From the NCBI RefSeq assembly GCF_001194135.2, contig NC_068981.1, positions 107,824,456 through 107,860,777 on the forward strand: a stretch of 36,322 nt of DNA. The letters run 5' to 3'. The notes beneath the pieces are model-generated. The model made no database searches, was not told the DNA's origin, and saw nothing but the letters and a program-made list of their open reading frames with translations. The DNA is from Octopus bimaculoides. Taxonomy: Eukaryota. This document shows, one piece after another, positions 9,071 to 24,254 of the stretch. Position 1 is the first letter of the stretch. Each line of letters starts with the position of its first letter. The translations under genes were made by a program, and so were the position numbers.

Positions 9071-11193
9071 CTCTATCTTTCATCCATAGCTATTTATTTT
9101 GATTACATATTCAGTTTCAGATTATATTACCTTGCTAATTGTCGGTAGACACTTCACCTTATAGAGGCAGTAACATAAAGAAAACAAGCGGGAAGTTAGA
9201 GTTCAAATGACAGATGTCAAGTTGATTGCTACATGCTACAAATCAATTGTATATATATATAAACAGCTGCTTACCGACTGTCTTGTTAAAGTCCTGTACA
9301 AATGGTAATATATCAAAAAACCTTATAAATAATGCGTATTTTTTCTGTTATCGTCAAGGGAGAAACAACACCGCCTTTGTCCTACATCAAGGCCTACAAG
9401 ACTGGCGGTAATGAGGAAGTTGGAGTCGGTCCGAAGACCTGGCCTGAATGCTTACAAAAGAGTATATTTCTCTAAAAATATCCATTGGACAGGTGGTATG
9501 CTATAAAGCATGTGGATGATTAAATCTGTTCACTTTATCTTATTCTTTTACTGTAAGTTCTCCGGTGCATTCGACCTTTCAAAGTTGTTTTTCTCTTCCT
9601 TTTACTTTTTTTAAAATCTGTTTTTATTTTCTATGTTTAATTTAGTTAAAAACAAAGCAATTTTATAACAGCTTTTCTACTAATTTTTGTTCAATGCAAC
9701 TAACGATTTTGAATTTCTCATGCATTTTTCTATCATTTAAGCCTAAGAAAAGAATACTTTTAATTTAAAATTAAAAAATTATGTTAATTGAAGATGAATA
9801 TCTGCCTTACTGCCCACTTGAGGTCTGACATATTTTGATGTAACTTTTTTTTCTACAGAACCAAATCTCAAACTCTTTATGCCAAAGTGTAACTGAGGAG
9901 GTGTCCTCTTTAAAACTATTAACGGTTTGCAATTTAGTTGAGAACTGAATTAGTAGTGAAGCTTGGACGCTGCTGCGATTAACGAAATGGTGGACTTAAG
10001 AATATATTCTACCACTACAGTGGTTGAAGGATTAACGTTATTAACATTCAGCTGTAAACGTTATTGATTGAACGAGCGTATGTTCAACCAGCGAGAAAAA
10101 TTTTACTGTATCAAAAATTTTATTTCTAAATTATTATGCAGAGGAGACTACAGAATGTTTATCCCAATACCTAAGGTAAAGAAAAGGTTTGTATTTTGGA
10201 TATTATTTTATTTGCATGAAGAACTCTTCTGGTGTTAACATTTTTTAATGTCTTCTTTTACTTGGGACTGTAATAAGACGGTTTAATAAGTAGCAGTTGA
10301 TTCGCCCCCAAGCAAATGTTGAAATAATTGTCGAATACATATAAATGAACTGAAGAAAGATAAACAGAATTATTTAAAAAAATAATAATCTTAAAAATGA
10401 CTAAGGAATAAACATATGTACTCACGAACATAGGTAGTTACAATTTGACACGCGAAGACGCTGATTTGCACGACATAAGCAAGTGTTCAAATAATACCAA
10501 TGCCCACAACAACGCAGACCAGCAAGGTATTAACAACGGTGGTATACCGGCATCATCTCTTTTGTTAACATTACAAGATAAAGGAAGATTTTAGACATTG
10601 GTCGATTTCAGTCAATCAAAAATCGTGGCAATTGCATGTCAAAAAGCCAAAAAAAGTGTATTTCCATGCTTTGGTAAGAATGAGCAAGTAAAAAAAAAAA
10701 GACGGTATACCTCCGCTTTCCGAAGATCGGACGAGATTTCGTACTATCGAAGATAAAAGAAGCTCTATACATGTTACATGATAGGAATGAGGCGTATCCT
10801 TCATTACTTCAACGTCTCGTGATACTATCACATCTACTGACCTCATCTTCTCTCTTTTTCTTATAAGTATACTATAAGTATACTATACTATAAGTATACT
10901 ATACTTATCTCAAGTTCCATTCCTATGTCTTTGCTAATTATATAAACAGTTTTAGCTGAATAGTTTAAGATCGTCCATCAACAGAATTTTAAATTGTCTC
11001 TTACCCTATACATACCAACTTCTACCTTTTGCAGTATCAACATCAGTAGATTGCTTGACTAGAGGAACATCGTCTTGGAAGATCGGTTTTCTTTTATGAA
11101 CTTCTCAGACATCTCTCTCGACATTGTAAATTCAGTCTTATATGTCTGCATTCTACTTCTGATGAAATCTATTATATTTTTGGCTAATCCATA

Positions 11194-12425
11194 TATTGGG
11201 TCATCCCATAAATAATGCGGTTTTTTTCAATTGCATAAACTAAAAATCGAAGTGGGACGGGATAAACTACCTGCATCAACGTGCTATAAAAGCAGGTAGT
11301 AATTTTACCTTGTCCTTAATCTTAGTGCAAGTTTTGAAGAGTGCAGTTCGATTTTAACAATTATTTTTTCAAAGCTATAATGGAAATGACAAAAGAGCAT
11401 ATTCAACATATTTTGCTTTATGAGTTCAATAACGGCAACAACGCAGCGGAAAGTGTGAGGAATATTAACTGCAGTATATGGGGATCGGAAAATAAGCATA
11501 AGCCATTGTCAACGATGGTTCCAGAGATTCCGAGCCGGAAACTACACCCTAGAAGATGAGCCTCGTCCTGGAAGATCTGTAGAGTTCGACGAGGACATCC
11601 TGCAAACCCTGGTGGAACAAAATCTCATCGTAACTGTTGAGGAACTAGCAGAAAAGCTTGGATTTGGTCATTCAACTATTCATCGACACCTGCGTGCCAT
11701 CGAAAAAGTCAGCAAATTGGGTCAATGGGTTCCTCACAAACTTTTCGAGTCTAATCACTCGCAGAGAGTGAATATGTGCTCTTTGCTGTCATGTCTCGCG
11801 TATAGTGACTGGTGACGAGAAATGGTTTCTTTATAAAAATGTCAAGCGCCGAAGACAGTGGGTAGGGAAAGGAGAAACACCGGCACCCCAGGCTAAAGAA
11901 GGTGTTGTTATCTGTTTGGTAGGATATGAAAGGTTTAGTCCACTTTAAATTTTTAAACCCAAACCAAATGATAAGAAAGGAGATCTACTGCGAGCAGCTT
12001 GAACTGCTTAAGTCAGCACTTGAAGAAAGATGACCATCTTTGGTTTCAAGACGAAAGGTGTTCTTCCATCAGGATAATGCTCGGCCACACACAGCGTGGA
12101 TGACATTCCAAAGGTTGGAGCAGTTTGAATTGGAAACGATGCTCCACCCACCATATTCACCGGACATTACCCCATCTGATTATTTATTCTACAGTCTTCA
12201 AAATCATTTGGACGGTATGAACTCTGTAGACGAGGTCAGAACAGTATTGGAGGGGTATTTTTCGTCACGGACAAGTGAATTTTGGAAGAGGGGTCTTGCC
12301 AGTCTACCAGACGGATGGAAGAGCATTGTAGAAAATGAAGGATTAAAAAAGAACTTTGTTTGTCTTAATTTTGAAAAATAAAATAAGTATTTAAAAAACC
12401 GCATTATTTATGGGATGACTCGATA
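11194..12425 (+). mobile_element. Full-length mariner (DD34D) element with TIRs; transposase disrupted
   Basis: TIRs TATTGGGTCATCCCATAAATAATGCGGTTTTT / AAAAACCGCATTATTTATGGGATGACTCGATA (2 mismatches, TA at both ends). Motifs WVPHKL, VTGDEKW, HQDNARPH and HPPYSPDITPSDY are spread over several frames. Confidence 0.95.
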
Positions 12426-14379
12426 AATAGGTTCATACATTCCATTATGCAATGGTGAGGTGCCGTATCGAACACTTTCTTATGATCTATCCACGCCTTT
12501 GCTAATTTTTTTAATGTATTCTCTTACAGCAATCTTTCAGCAATTATTTATACCTCTCACCTCTGCTGTTTTTATGCCAGAATTTGCTGTTTCTCAAGAA
12601 AGAAATACATATTTTCTGGAATCATTTCAGTTTGTAAATTCTACATAAATGGAAAACACGATCTTAGACAAAAATTATACTCTGCATATCTTTTCTCCGG
12701 GTCTTTCAAGCGCAAAATGGTTTTTCCCATATATCATCCTTAGAGGTAAAAGTCTTCTTTTATCCAAGATACTATCTACTGGAAATTAGTTTTTTCATGC
12801 AGCGGTTCTGATACTTCCCATTTGGGGATCTGCAGCATTCTTTAATACCATCAATTTGTTAACTCGTTTAACAATTTGGATTGTAACGACTGACTTTTTT
12901 CACGTTTTAATTTTTGTAGCCATTCAGCTTTCACACTAATTTTTTCCCTCTCCCGAAATGTCATTCTAAAGCTTCTAACTTCTGCGTCAGAAAACATCAC
13001 TGCATGTCTTATACATAATTTTTGTCTGATCCCTATTGACTATATGGTTTTTTAAGTGGTTGCCTTAAACCTTACTCGCTTACGCAATCATTTTTTGCTT
13101 TAATCTATCTATAACCATTATTAGATTCCTTTCTTTATATTAAATATGTTGTACTGCCAAGCTAGTTCACTATAATACTACCAACATTTTCAGTTGACCT
13201 TTCTTCTTTCTTTCCAAAAACCATTTTTGTGTTGTTTAAGTATATTTCATTGATTGTATATATATTTGCCGTTCTTAACAACATGTTACTACTAAATTAT
13301 TGTTGATGATATATTCGACGACTCTATTAATCTTTGTAGACTCGTTCAATGTCCCTCTTTCAAAACTTTAAGAATATTTCTACGAGAAAAAGTCATTGTT
13401 TTTTATAATTCGAACAAACTATGCCACTACCTTTTGATCTCCATTATTCGTAACTATATCTCCATCTTGTGGCAATTCCATCCCTCTGTTGAGGAGGAAA
13501 ACAAAAAAAGGGCGTCCGTAGCCGGAAAAACCTGCTGAACAGCAGTAAGTACAATTACGAGAGTGAAGTGAAGAGTGCATCAACAACAAACACATAAGGC
13601 CTAAATATCAACAACAATAGAATAATGAGTCTGGCAATAGCGAAACAGAAACAACATCGAAAGGGAAGAGAAAAGAATAATTACTACACCACTGTCAGAA
13701 TCTATCAAACATGGTATTAAATACAATAACAACGGATGCACCACTATGACGAATACAAGTCAAGCTGTTTTCTGCAACAGGACCATTTGGTCGACTAGCA
13801 ACACATCCATCGTCACTAGAAGTAATACTGCTTGCAATTCTTCCATTAACCCTATCACAGCCACATTCACCGTGGCCATCAAAATCACAAGCAATAGCAA
13901 CAATCATGAACAACAACCATATGAAGTGCCTCCAAGGCCGGATTCTTTATAAGAGCCGCAAAAATATTTTAACAGATCATCTTGGAGCAGAAACGGACTA
14001 ACTTGAAAGAGGCCCATAGCTCGTTTGGAGGGGTATTAAGAGGGCCACTTTGGCCATGCCTCCAGTGCTTTTTAGCAAACATACGAAAGTAGAACCATGA
14101 TGTACTAATATGTGGTGGTTAAAAACACGGCTGGATAGATTAGTACATAAAAAAGATATGGAGTGTTATATATATCAGGTATTATAGGACTAAATGTAAG
14201 AAAAATCTCACGCACAGACACTTTCTACCATTCTGTACAGGAGTGAGAATTTAAGGACAGATGCGAACAGGACACAAGTTATTGATAATTTTTAGCCCAC
14301 TACTCTATTGAATTCAGAATTTAATATTTTGATCAATGTGCTTGCAAAGACGATAAAGTTTGTCGTCAGTGGAGTGACT

Positions 14380-15420
14380 GGGATACAGCAAACATTGGAT
14401 CTCAGGAAAATCTGTCTACGATAATTTTACCTCATGCGATACATAAAGAAAGGGCAAATAACAAACCTGGTTTCGGTGGGGCCTTGATAAATTTTGATCA
14501 ATAGCAAGCTTCGCTTATTGATAATCGTTACAGGTTACCTCTCCTCAGAGAAAAGAATCTCAATCTCGTTTTCTGAGAATGAATGGTCTCAATGGACAAC
14601 GGCATATCTGCGATGGCCAGACTAAATGGTCACTTATCGAATCAAACGCTCGGACTATCAAGGATGTTCTTTCTCAGTTCTTCTGTTTGTTCTGGCTCAC
14701 AAGCTATTGGTATTGCAGATGTTCATGGGTTTCCGTTTTGATCTGGGACTTGTGAAACACTTGTCGGTGTATGCAGACGATGTCACTATAATGTGCTGCA
14801 CATAACGGATATCAAGGCGGTTAGTAGCTTTCTAAAACTGTATGAAGCTGGGTAGATTGGTGGGCTTACACCCAATTAAGTTGGTGAACCGAAAGTAAGA
14901 ACTCCATGTAAGGCGTTAGCTTCCTTTCTTTATATTAAATATACTTAAACAACACAAAAAAACGTTTTTGGAAACAAAAAAGAATGATCAACCGAAAATG
15001 TTGGCGGTATCATAGTGAACTAGCTTGGCAGTACAACATATTTAATATAAGGCACTGGACCGACGGACAAGTTTTGTTGTTTGGAGTTTGGTTCAGTCCA
15101 GCTATATATTTCCGCTTCATTGTCATAACTTGCCTCAGTTCTCGCCTAACAAGATCAGAAAGTTTGCTCTTTTATTTTTTGTGGAAATATTGTGTTTTAC
15201 AGATCAGGCGGTCCATCTGCTACCAAAATCTCTGTGCAGAGGGCACGCAACACTGTTATGCACGCAATCGTTCGCTCTAGTTGGCTTGTGGTATTTTGTC
15301 GAACAGTTCTTGTTTCGTGTAGGAGGGATTCGCTTATCTGCCAAGTTTATAATGAAGATTGCCCACCAGCTTCTTTTGAACCGGTAAAAGCGGGTAGTTT
15401 TCCTCGGTTTTTATGACTAT
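14380..15420 (+). pseudogene. L1/Tx1-clade LINE reverse transcriptase relic
   Basis: GALINFDQ* (14478), NGHLS, QGCSFSVLLFVLA (14659), SVYADDVTI (YADD at 14770-14781), WTDGQVLLFGVWF, FYFLWK ... RRSICYQ. Confidence 0.78.
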
Positions 15421-15496
15421 GACGAAAACATTGTGATGAGAGCCACGAAAAAGACTAAAGACCTCTTTCTTCTTCGACCATCCCACTGACTTTTTG

Positions 15497-15611
15497 GAAG
15501 GTGGTGATGGAGAGGAAGGTGGGGATGGAGAGGAAGGTGGGGATGGAGAGGAAGGTGGGGATGGAGAGGAAGGTGGGGATGGTGAGGAAAGTGGGGATGG
15601 AGAGGAAGGTG
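15497..15611. repeat. 18-bp tandem minisatellite (GAAGGTGGGGATGGAGAG), about 6 units
   Basis: Directly visible; explains ORFs 15455-15658 and 15501-15713. Confidence 0.95.
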
Positions 15612-16399
15612 TTGCTTTTCAATAAATTTGTTGAAAGCTGGGTGAGAATAACAATCATGACTAGGGCAAATGACTACATTGAAATAAGCGAGTTAGACAA
15701 AAGAACGTATTAGACACAAGAACGAGCGACAAAAGAGTGCCAATACAAAAAAGCGTCGCCAAAAATTTTAAAAAAACAATCTTTAATGGAAAAGATTAAA
15801 AAAAACTCTTCAAATTGAATAATCATTCTTTCATTCAAAGAGACAATAGATCCGTTTCTTAAATATTCTTCCAAATATTAGAAATGTATTGTCGGTAGTG
15901 AGCACATTTATGGTTTCACAAAATATCTCGTTACGTAACAGGTAACATGTAAAAGTAGAAAAATAAATGAATATGTGACACTTTATTTAATATATATATA
16001 TATAAATAAAAGAAAGATATAAAAAAAAAGAAACCTATATTTATCAAAAGAGTTTTTCCAGCACAAAAGAGCGCCGGTAAAAGAATTTATAGAAGATAAC
16101 AAAAAACATATATCAGAAACCTGAAAACCACGAGGTATGTATCTCAAACGTTCAATTCGATATGATTTATCTTGCAGGATATACAGGCATCCAAATTAAT
16201 AGTATCATTCTATCAGTGTGATATTTGTTGCTACAGTATTTCCATATTTAGGATTGTTGTTTGTTACACTTTGACTTGCATTGGTGCATGTAAGAAGATT
16301 CTCTGTCTGTGATGGCTCCAAGCGGGTGAATCAACAGCTTTATATATTATAGAATGCACACAATCGTACCTTTAAATGCATCTTGCCATCCCTCGGTGA

Positions 16400-16480
16400 G
16401 CACTGAGGTCGTTGTAATCGACTGTCCCTCTCCCACCAAGTTTTAGGCCTTGGGCCTATAACAGAAAGAAAGAATTATTA
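16400..16480 (+). mobile_element. SINE family A 3' fragment
   Basis: GAGCACTGAGGTCGTTGTAATCGACT ... GGCCTTGGGCCTAT ... GAAAGAATTATTA matches the 3' ends of other family A copies. Confidence 0.6.
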
Positions 16481-18269
16481 TAAGCACGACACAGTTACTA
16501 ATGCTAGAAATTCCTGGTTGTTATTTTTATTGTTGCTTTTACTATTGCTTGGATAGCACAGTAGCTTCAGTATGATATTATTCATTATATGACCGTTCGT
16601 TCGAACCATAAACCGAGTTAAATTTCATCCCAACAGGTTAATGGAATAACAGATACTACTATAAACCGTCGTATTTAATTATTGTCTAACAATAATTAAC
16701 TCTTTCCAGCGACGTCTCTCTTTGATAAAATAAGGGCTAGGATCCACTCAATTAGTGATATTTTTCTTACAATTGTGTGTGAATATGAGGCGCTCTCGTG
16801 GTTATTGCCTTACAACACAGAACTTGAAGTAACCTTCAGTGAACTGAGTCCGTGTCTCGGCTTACGTTCTCATTTAACCAATTTTCCTAATATCTTATAT
16901 CTTATTTTGTTTCCTTATTGTCTACATGAAAAGAAACCACTAATTTTGAGAACGGTATATACAATAAAGATAAAATCACGTTCGTTTTCTTATACTTTGC
17001 AGCAGAATTAGTTAGTGCCACTCAGAAAACTGCTATGTAATACCTTACATCAATTTTATTGAAATGATGTTTGGTTACAATTTTGCTGAAGGCTAGTCAT
17101 GTTTTTAGCGAACAATATTCTCTGCTTAAGTTATTTTCGCAGCTCGATTCTAACAAACAAATCTCTGGTATAGTTTAAACAAATCTATTCCATTTTTAGA
17201 ACAAATTTGGACTTAAATCGTGATTCAAAGACACAAATAAGTAATTTTCTTTGGTAATAAAATCGTAACGATTTTTCCGAAAGCAAAATAACATTCTTGT
17301 AACGGAGAAAAACAGTCGATTCAACCAGTTTCAGTATATTAATGTATTTGTTTTATTGACCCAGAAGGGATAAAAGATAAATTGATCCTGACGCCTTCAA
17401 TACGTTTAGTCCAACACACTTCACAAAGAAAATAAATAAATCATGATATTAACAACAATCACAAAATAACATCAATAACACGAATAATAGTGCTTATGAG
17501 TAGTGGGAGAGTTTGTGGAATAAGTTTCTAACAAATGTGATTTAGTTGATAGTAAAGTAGGGGAGATATTATATCAAAGAATGAAAAAGAAACAGTAATG
17601 TCCTCAAAACCAGAAAGTAACGATATAAACCGAAAAGTTTACCAGATAAGTTTTTTTTCATCAAAATAGTGGAGAGTATTAAAATGTGGTATCATTCTAA
17701 TGGACATAGAAGATAGTTTTGAAGAAAGAAACAATGGGCGTCATATCACCTGCGCATACTCAAGCAATCAGAACGAGAGAGAGCAAGAAGAATGTAAATA
17801 AAGAAGACATTTCGGTTACATAAGCTTGGGTGGTGAAAGAGAAGAGACGATTGGCATGAAGCCATTGAATGAAAGATGCATATGAGTTTGTACAAGTTTG
17901 GCATTTGAGCGTACAGAAGATTGTATGACCATAAAGCCAAACGTGTCTCGAAAAGTTGCTATGTAAATGCATTATCGGATACGAAGATTTAAATGGATAA
18001 CCATACGGAACATTATCGCCCAGGTATTGTTATATTTAATGAAAATTTGTGTTATTAAATCAATGTTGCGTGCTCGTTTGATACTAGAGTAATGGACAAA
18101 AAACTTTAAGAAAAGAACCAAGTACCAGGACGCGATTCAGAAAATGTAGAACTGTTGTAAAGTTATCCTCCTATTTGTAACATTAACTTTAGGGATAATG
18201 GGAAATGTTTAAATTGCTGGTTGAAAATAATGAGTTGTGAGGTGAATTTGCTGATTCTACAGAAAGCTT

Positions 18270-18470
18270 GTTTGCTTGGTACTAACAAAGCCACTCTTCA
18301 AAATGCCTACAACACTACTGAAGAAAAGGACTTGGACCGTATGATTGATCAAGTCAAGGCAGCAGATGCAAATTCAATGCACAGGTAAAGCTGGAAATTG
18401 ACCAATGAGATAAGCGGAAGGAAAATAGCTAAGTCGGGCATCAACCATAGGAACAGCAGAGAGGAGCATA
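18270..18470 (+). pseudogene. Possible LINE ORF2 endonuclease-RT linker fragment
   Basis: EEKDLDRMIDQVKAADA ... SWKLTNEISGRK.AKSGI resembles the WKLINEISG motif of LINE ORF2 linkers; no catalytic motif seen. Confidence 0.4.
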
Positions 18471-19479
18471 TCCAAAAAATATGATAGTTTTGCTATTTTG
18501 GTGCGTTATTAAAATAACTCTCAAAATATTGCTTCGTGATTTGTATTCGCACAAAATTGTCCATTTCCTGTATTATCTTTCATCCATGGAATTCCAATTC
18601 ATCTTTAAGACTTGCCTGTTTGCTGTCTCGCTGCATCATCACTTCCTTGCCGTTTTTTTTTTTTATTTCCAAAGGATATTTTAATGGCCTTGCTAAATTG
18701 GTTGTCAATAACGGAGAGACTTTCAAGTCAGGATATGTTTACAGCTTTCATTTTATGTCATACTTAAGGAAGGATTAATCGATAAATCTCATTCTCCCTC
18801 TTCGGTGGATAATCTTAGATCGACATTTTTATTAACCAACTCAAGAGAAACAAGCCAAGATAAAATAACGACAAATTGCGATGAAATTTCTCAGTAAATA
18901 TACTAGTGAAACTATAGCTTACAGTCACGGTGTTATTGGAAATAGTTTTTCATTGTTGATTCAAAGTAGTTCACATCAATATCCTCAAATGTGAGCACTT
19001 CAAGAATTATAATAAGCCAGCCATCAAAGATTGAATCGAAGGCACATGACAGATTCTTTTCACGAACTTTTGCATCTGGACGTGCAGTATGTCAAATAAT
19101 TATCAGTAACAGTTTTGAATGTTGTCCATGTCAGAACTTTTCCCCTCCTGATTTATTACCATCCTCCTGCTCCTTCTTTTCCTCCTTTTCTCCCTCCTCC
19201 TCATCATCATTATCTTCATCATCAATAGCTGTCCGAGAAATTCATCAGAATTTCCTTTCTTAAAACAAGAACTATTATTATTTTATTTACTTTTAATCTT
19301 CATGCTTGTTATAATCACTTGCCGGGACACACCCAGCGTCCCAGGACGAGTGAAGGATAAGAGATGTTACAGTATAACTGAAAGCTTGGGGAGAGGAAGT
19401 GTCAGAGGCAGTAGCGAAATATCTTCATGTAATAATGCACATACATTTAAATTGATAGGGTTTTTCTTATTTTGCTGGG

Positions 19480-20912
19480 CATGATGGAAAGTGTCAGCTG
19501 TTCACAGCCTGCAGACTAAGGTGACACTTGTTTACTGGTCATGTGAAGAATTCTTGCAGCTCCAAGCAATGCTAATTTTTGTAGGTATTCTACCTTTGTA
19601 CCAATTTTTTTGAGCCATGTTGGTAGTTGAGTGCTGATATTTTCAAGTGCATCAAATACTACTGGTATCACGTCTACTCTCCTCATTCACCACAATCTTC
19701 GTATTTCCCACTTCAAATTGTCTTTGTTCAGTTTTTCTTCTTTCTCTTTGACCCTGTTGTCACCGGGACATGCTTTGTCGATTATCATACATGTTTTAGT
19801 TCTTTTTTATTTACCACATCAATGTCCGGTTTCCGATTTCTGGTCAGGTGATCGTACTGAATCATTGCATCCCACAAGATTTTGCAATTTTCATTCTCGG
19901 TGACTCCTTCTGAGGTTTTTTCAGACCTTATCTTTGATCTTTGTAGGCCGTGATTTCCATAGAGCTCCCAATAGATCATTCTTTCCACATTGTCATGTCG
20001 TCCTTTGTATTCACGTTGTGCTAATTTCGGGCATTCGCTAATGATGTGCCATATAGTTTCATCCCTCTCACTACACATTTTGCATTTGTCGCTGTCGGTA
20101 GTGTTGTCGATTCTGCACTTCACGTAATTAGTCCTTAACGCTTGTTCTTGAGCTGTGCATATAAGTGCTTTTGTCTCTATCTTCAGGTTACTCCTCCTCA
20201 TCTATAGCTATGGGTCTTCTTTATGTCTTAGCGTTCGTATCTCTTGCAAACTGCTGTTTCCTTTTTTTGTGTTCTTTTTCTTTCTTAACACAATTATAAG
20301 ATTAATGACGCCGGACTTCTTCACATGTTTCAACAATGGTTCCACAGTATTTTTACATACCATTGTAAATTGTTTAATTCTATTTCGATACAATCCTGGC
20401 AACTGATCAAACCTCTCCCACCCTTTCTTCTGCACAAGTACAGCCTATCGCTAGGGTCGAAGGCTCCGTGCACTATCAACATTTTTCTTTTCTTCGTACC
20501 CATGTTCATAAGTTCTTTCTTTTGCCATTTTAAGATTCCAGCTCCATACCTAAGTGATGCTATCGCTCATTTATTAACTGCTTGGGTTTTATTCCATCCG
20601 GTCAGTTTTGAACGCAACACCAATCTTAATGTTCGGAAATATTCCATGCTCATTTGTTCTTTCATTTCTTTCTCCGTGATTTCGTTGAACTCTAGTATGC
20701 CAAGATATTTGTAGCCTTCCTTTTGTTTTATCAGTTCTCTATTAGGTAACTCTATCGCTGATAGAGACTATACCTTGCCTTTTTTCAGGTACATTATACC
20801 ACACTACTTGAGTCCGAATTCCATTCTATTATCAGTACTAAAGTAGTGGACCGTGTTCACCAAAGAACTCTCTTGTGCCTCATCTTTGCTATACAGCTTC
20901 AAATAAGTGGTG
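19480..20912 (-). mobile_element. R4/Dong-type (restriction-like endonuclease) non-LTR retrotransposon, 5'-truncated, copy 1
   Basis: RT C-terminus (EGYKYLGILE, SLRYGAGILKW, DRLY), then ORF 19785-20201 with AQEQALRTN, CCHC knuckle CKMCSERDETIWHIISEC, RHD and RKPDI nuclease motif, then VDVIPVV. Confidence 0.92.
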
Positions 20913-21277
20913 ATCTCATATCAACATAAACAGCATATAACCTCACAGGTGGGGCCCAGTTAGAATTTTCATCAGGTAGCCCATCTCGCTCAAACGGTCT
21001 CTGAATAAAGTTTGTTTAAGGATGATGAATGAAATACCCATGTTTCCAGAAGTGAATTATTCAAACCCCAAAGAATTCCTCTCAAAATATGGCTATGACC
21101 CCCACCACTACCACTACCACTACCATCACCTCTATTTCCAGATCTTTGTATTTCGAAAGTTTCTCTGTTTCTTTTAGAGAAACATTGTCATCTGTTGGTA
21201 TTGATACATCAATTAGAAAGCATATTTTTCTTGGTGATCTCTGACAACTATATTCGGCCTATTGGCCTTAATTTCTC

Positions 21278-21278
<1 letters not shown>

Positions 21279-21322
<44 letters not shown>

Positions 21323-21368
21323 CATTATTATTATCATCATCATCAAGATCATCAACATTATTATATTA
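21279..21368. repeat. (TTA)n/(TCA)n microsatellite
   Basis: Directly visible. Confidence 0.95.
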
Positions 21369-21710
21369 TGGAGTAGCGAGGTAGTGCAATCGTAGCTGTT
21401 GGTGGAACAGGAGGCGAGTCGATTTAATGAAGAAGGTGAAGATAGTGCCAGTTATTTTTGGGTCCTTAGGAACAGTATCAGAAGGCATCAAGAGGAATAT
21501 AAAGGAAATTAGAATAGAGTGCTCAGTCGAACTGTCACAAAAACGTTTGCCTCCTTGGCACGGCCAGAACAATCAGGAATGTATTAGATAGCCGAAAAGA
21601 ATGAGTTGCATGGTACCGTAGGATGAAGGTAGTAAGGCTGTTACGCATGCAAGACTCCAGGAATGAATTCCCTAGACTTGTCCAAAACCACTACCTTCAC
21701 CAAAATACCG
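21369..21710 (+). mobile_element. R4/Dong-type element 3' fragment, copy 3
   Basis: MKKVKIVPVIFGSLGTVSEGIKRNIKEI ... LGTARTIRNVLDS is homologous to the C-terminus of ORF 22161-22535. Confidence 0.8.
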
Positions 21711-21732
21711 CACTTGTGCCTATGGTAGAACG

Positions 21733-21733
21733 A

Positions 21734-21811
<78 letters not shown>
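21733..21811. repeat. (TTA)n microsatellite (SINE-type tail)
   Basis: Follows TTGTGCCTATGGTAGAACGA, the family A SINE 3' end. Confidence 0.9.
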
Positions 21812-21813
<2 letters not shown>

Positions 21814-22001
21814 GGCGGTGAGCTGGCAGAATCGTTAGCACGCCAGGCGAAATGCTTTGCAGCTAGGTTCTGAGTTCAAATTCCGCCGGGGTCGACTTTG
21901 CTTTCTATCCTTTCGGGGTCGATTAAATAAGTACCAGTTACACACTAGAGTCGATTAATCCCTTCCCTCAAGTTTGAAGCCTTGTGCTTCCAGTAGAAAG
22001 A
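21812..22001 (+). mobile_element. tRNA-derived SINE family A, near complete
   Basis: AAGGCGGTGAGCTGGCAGAATCGTTAGCACGCC head, GAGTTCAAATTCC B box, GGTCGACTTTGCTTTCTATCCTTTCGGGGTCGATTAAATAAGTACCAG core (Meta-domain-like, inference), (ATT)n tail. Confidence 0.85.
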
Positions 22002-23210
<1,209 letters not shown>

Positions 23211-24103
23211 AGAAGTGCAGAGGATAATTCTCGCTGCAAGGCCTTTGACATAGCAGAACAAGTTGATGTCAGTCCCAGAACAACCGTCACATATCGCCAC
23301 AATATAGCAGAGCAGCAAGAAGGAAGCCACTTCTATGACAAGCCAATTTCAAATGGAGAAAAGATTGGGCCAGTGTAATGGTGGAGCGACCACTAGCATT
23401 TTAGGAAACTGTCATATTCTCTGATGAGTCTATATTTGCTATATTTCCTGACAGTGGTCGAGTGTGGTTCTGGAGACTCTGCAATCAAGAATTTTATGTG
23501 AAAAGATTGCAGCCAACAATGAAATACAACAGCCATTCTGCGATGGTCTGGAGAGCAATTTGGAGCAATAGTTGATCAGAGCTGGTGGTGTGTGAGTGAA
23601 ACATAAACTCAGATAAATATGTGTCCATATTGCGGAAAGGACTCCTTCCAATCTTCTCCAGTCGTGAAATGATTAAAGAAGACTTTATTTATGTAAGATG
23701 GGGTTCATTGTCACACGGTTAAAAAAACCCAAGTTTTGTTGGAAGAGAATGGCATTAAAAAGCTTCCATGAGCAAGCCAGTCGCCAGATATGAACCCTAT
23801 TGAACACCTGTGGGGAATAAAGGACAGGGCAATTCGCAAAAAGACCAAGAAAGCGTCCTCAAAGACAGATCTTTTTAGATTATTGCATGAAACTTGGAAA
23901 AAATTCCTCAAGAGAATACGTATTCGTCATCTGATCAATAACATTCCTAATAGGGTCCTTGCATTGAAAAATACAAAAGGCATGTCTACTAAATATTAGA
24001 TAGTCACATTATAATTATTAATAAATAATTTCAATGTATAATTTCAGATTTAAATAAATTTTAGCTATTATAAGTGTGTCTATTTACTTTTATCATGTCT
24101 GTG
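23211..24103 (+). mobile_element. Tc1 (DD34E-type) element, 5' part missing, right TIR present
   Basis: VIFSDES, MVWRAIW, INSDKYVSIL, SQSPDMNPIEHLW ... TKY*. Right end GTGTCTATTTACTTTTATCATGTCTGTG followed by TA (24104-24105). Confidence 0.88.
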
Positions 24104-24254
24104 TATATGTGTGTCTGTGCGTGTGTGTACACACATACACATGTATGTATGTATGTATGTATGTATGTATGTATGCATGTATGTACTATCTACGCACACA
24201 CATACATACATGTATTTGTGTATGTATGCATAGAATTTAAGTCTCCTGTCGATT

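Noticed and set aside
9357-9410. Micro-exon GRNNTAFVLHQGLQDWR between AG and GTAATG
   Set aside because: The splice signals are weak and no neighbouring exons form a coherent protein.
13450-13952. Thr/Ser/Asn-rich ORF as ORF1 of the Tx1 relic
   Set aside because: Its position is suggestive but no zinc-knuckle or other diagnostic motif is visible.
15497-15611. CRISPR array
   Set aside because: Head-to-tail 18-mers with no unique spacers, no cas genes, and a eukaryotic context.
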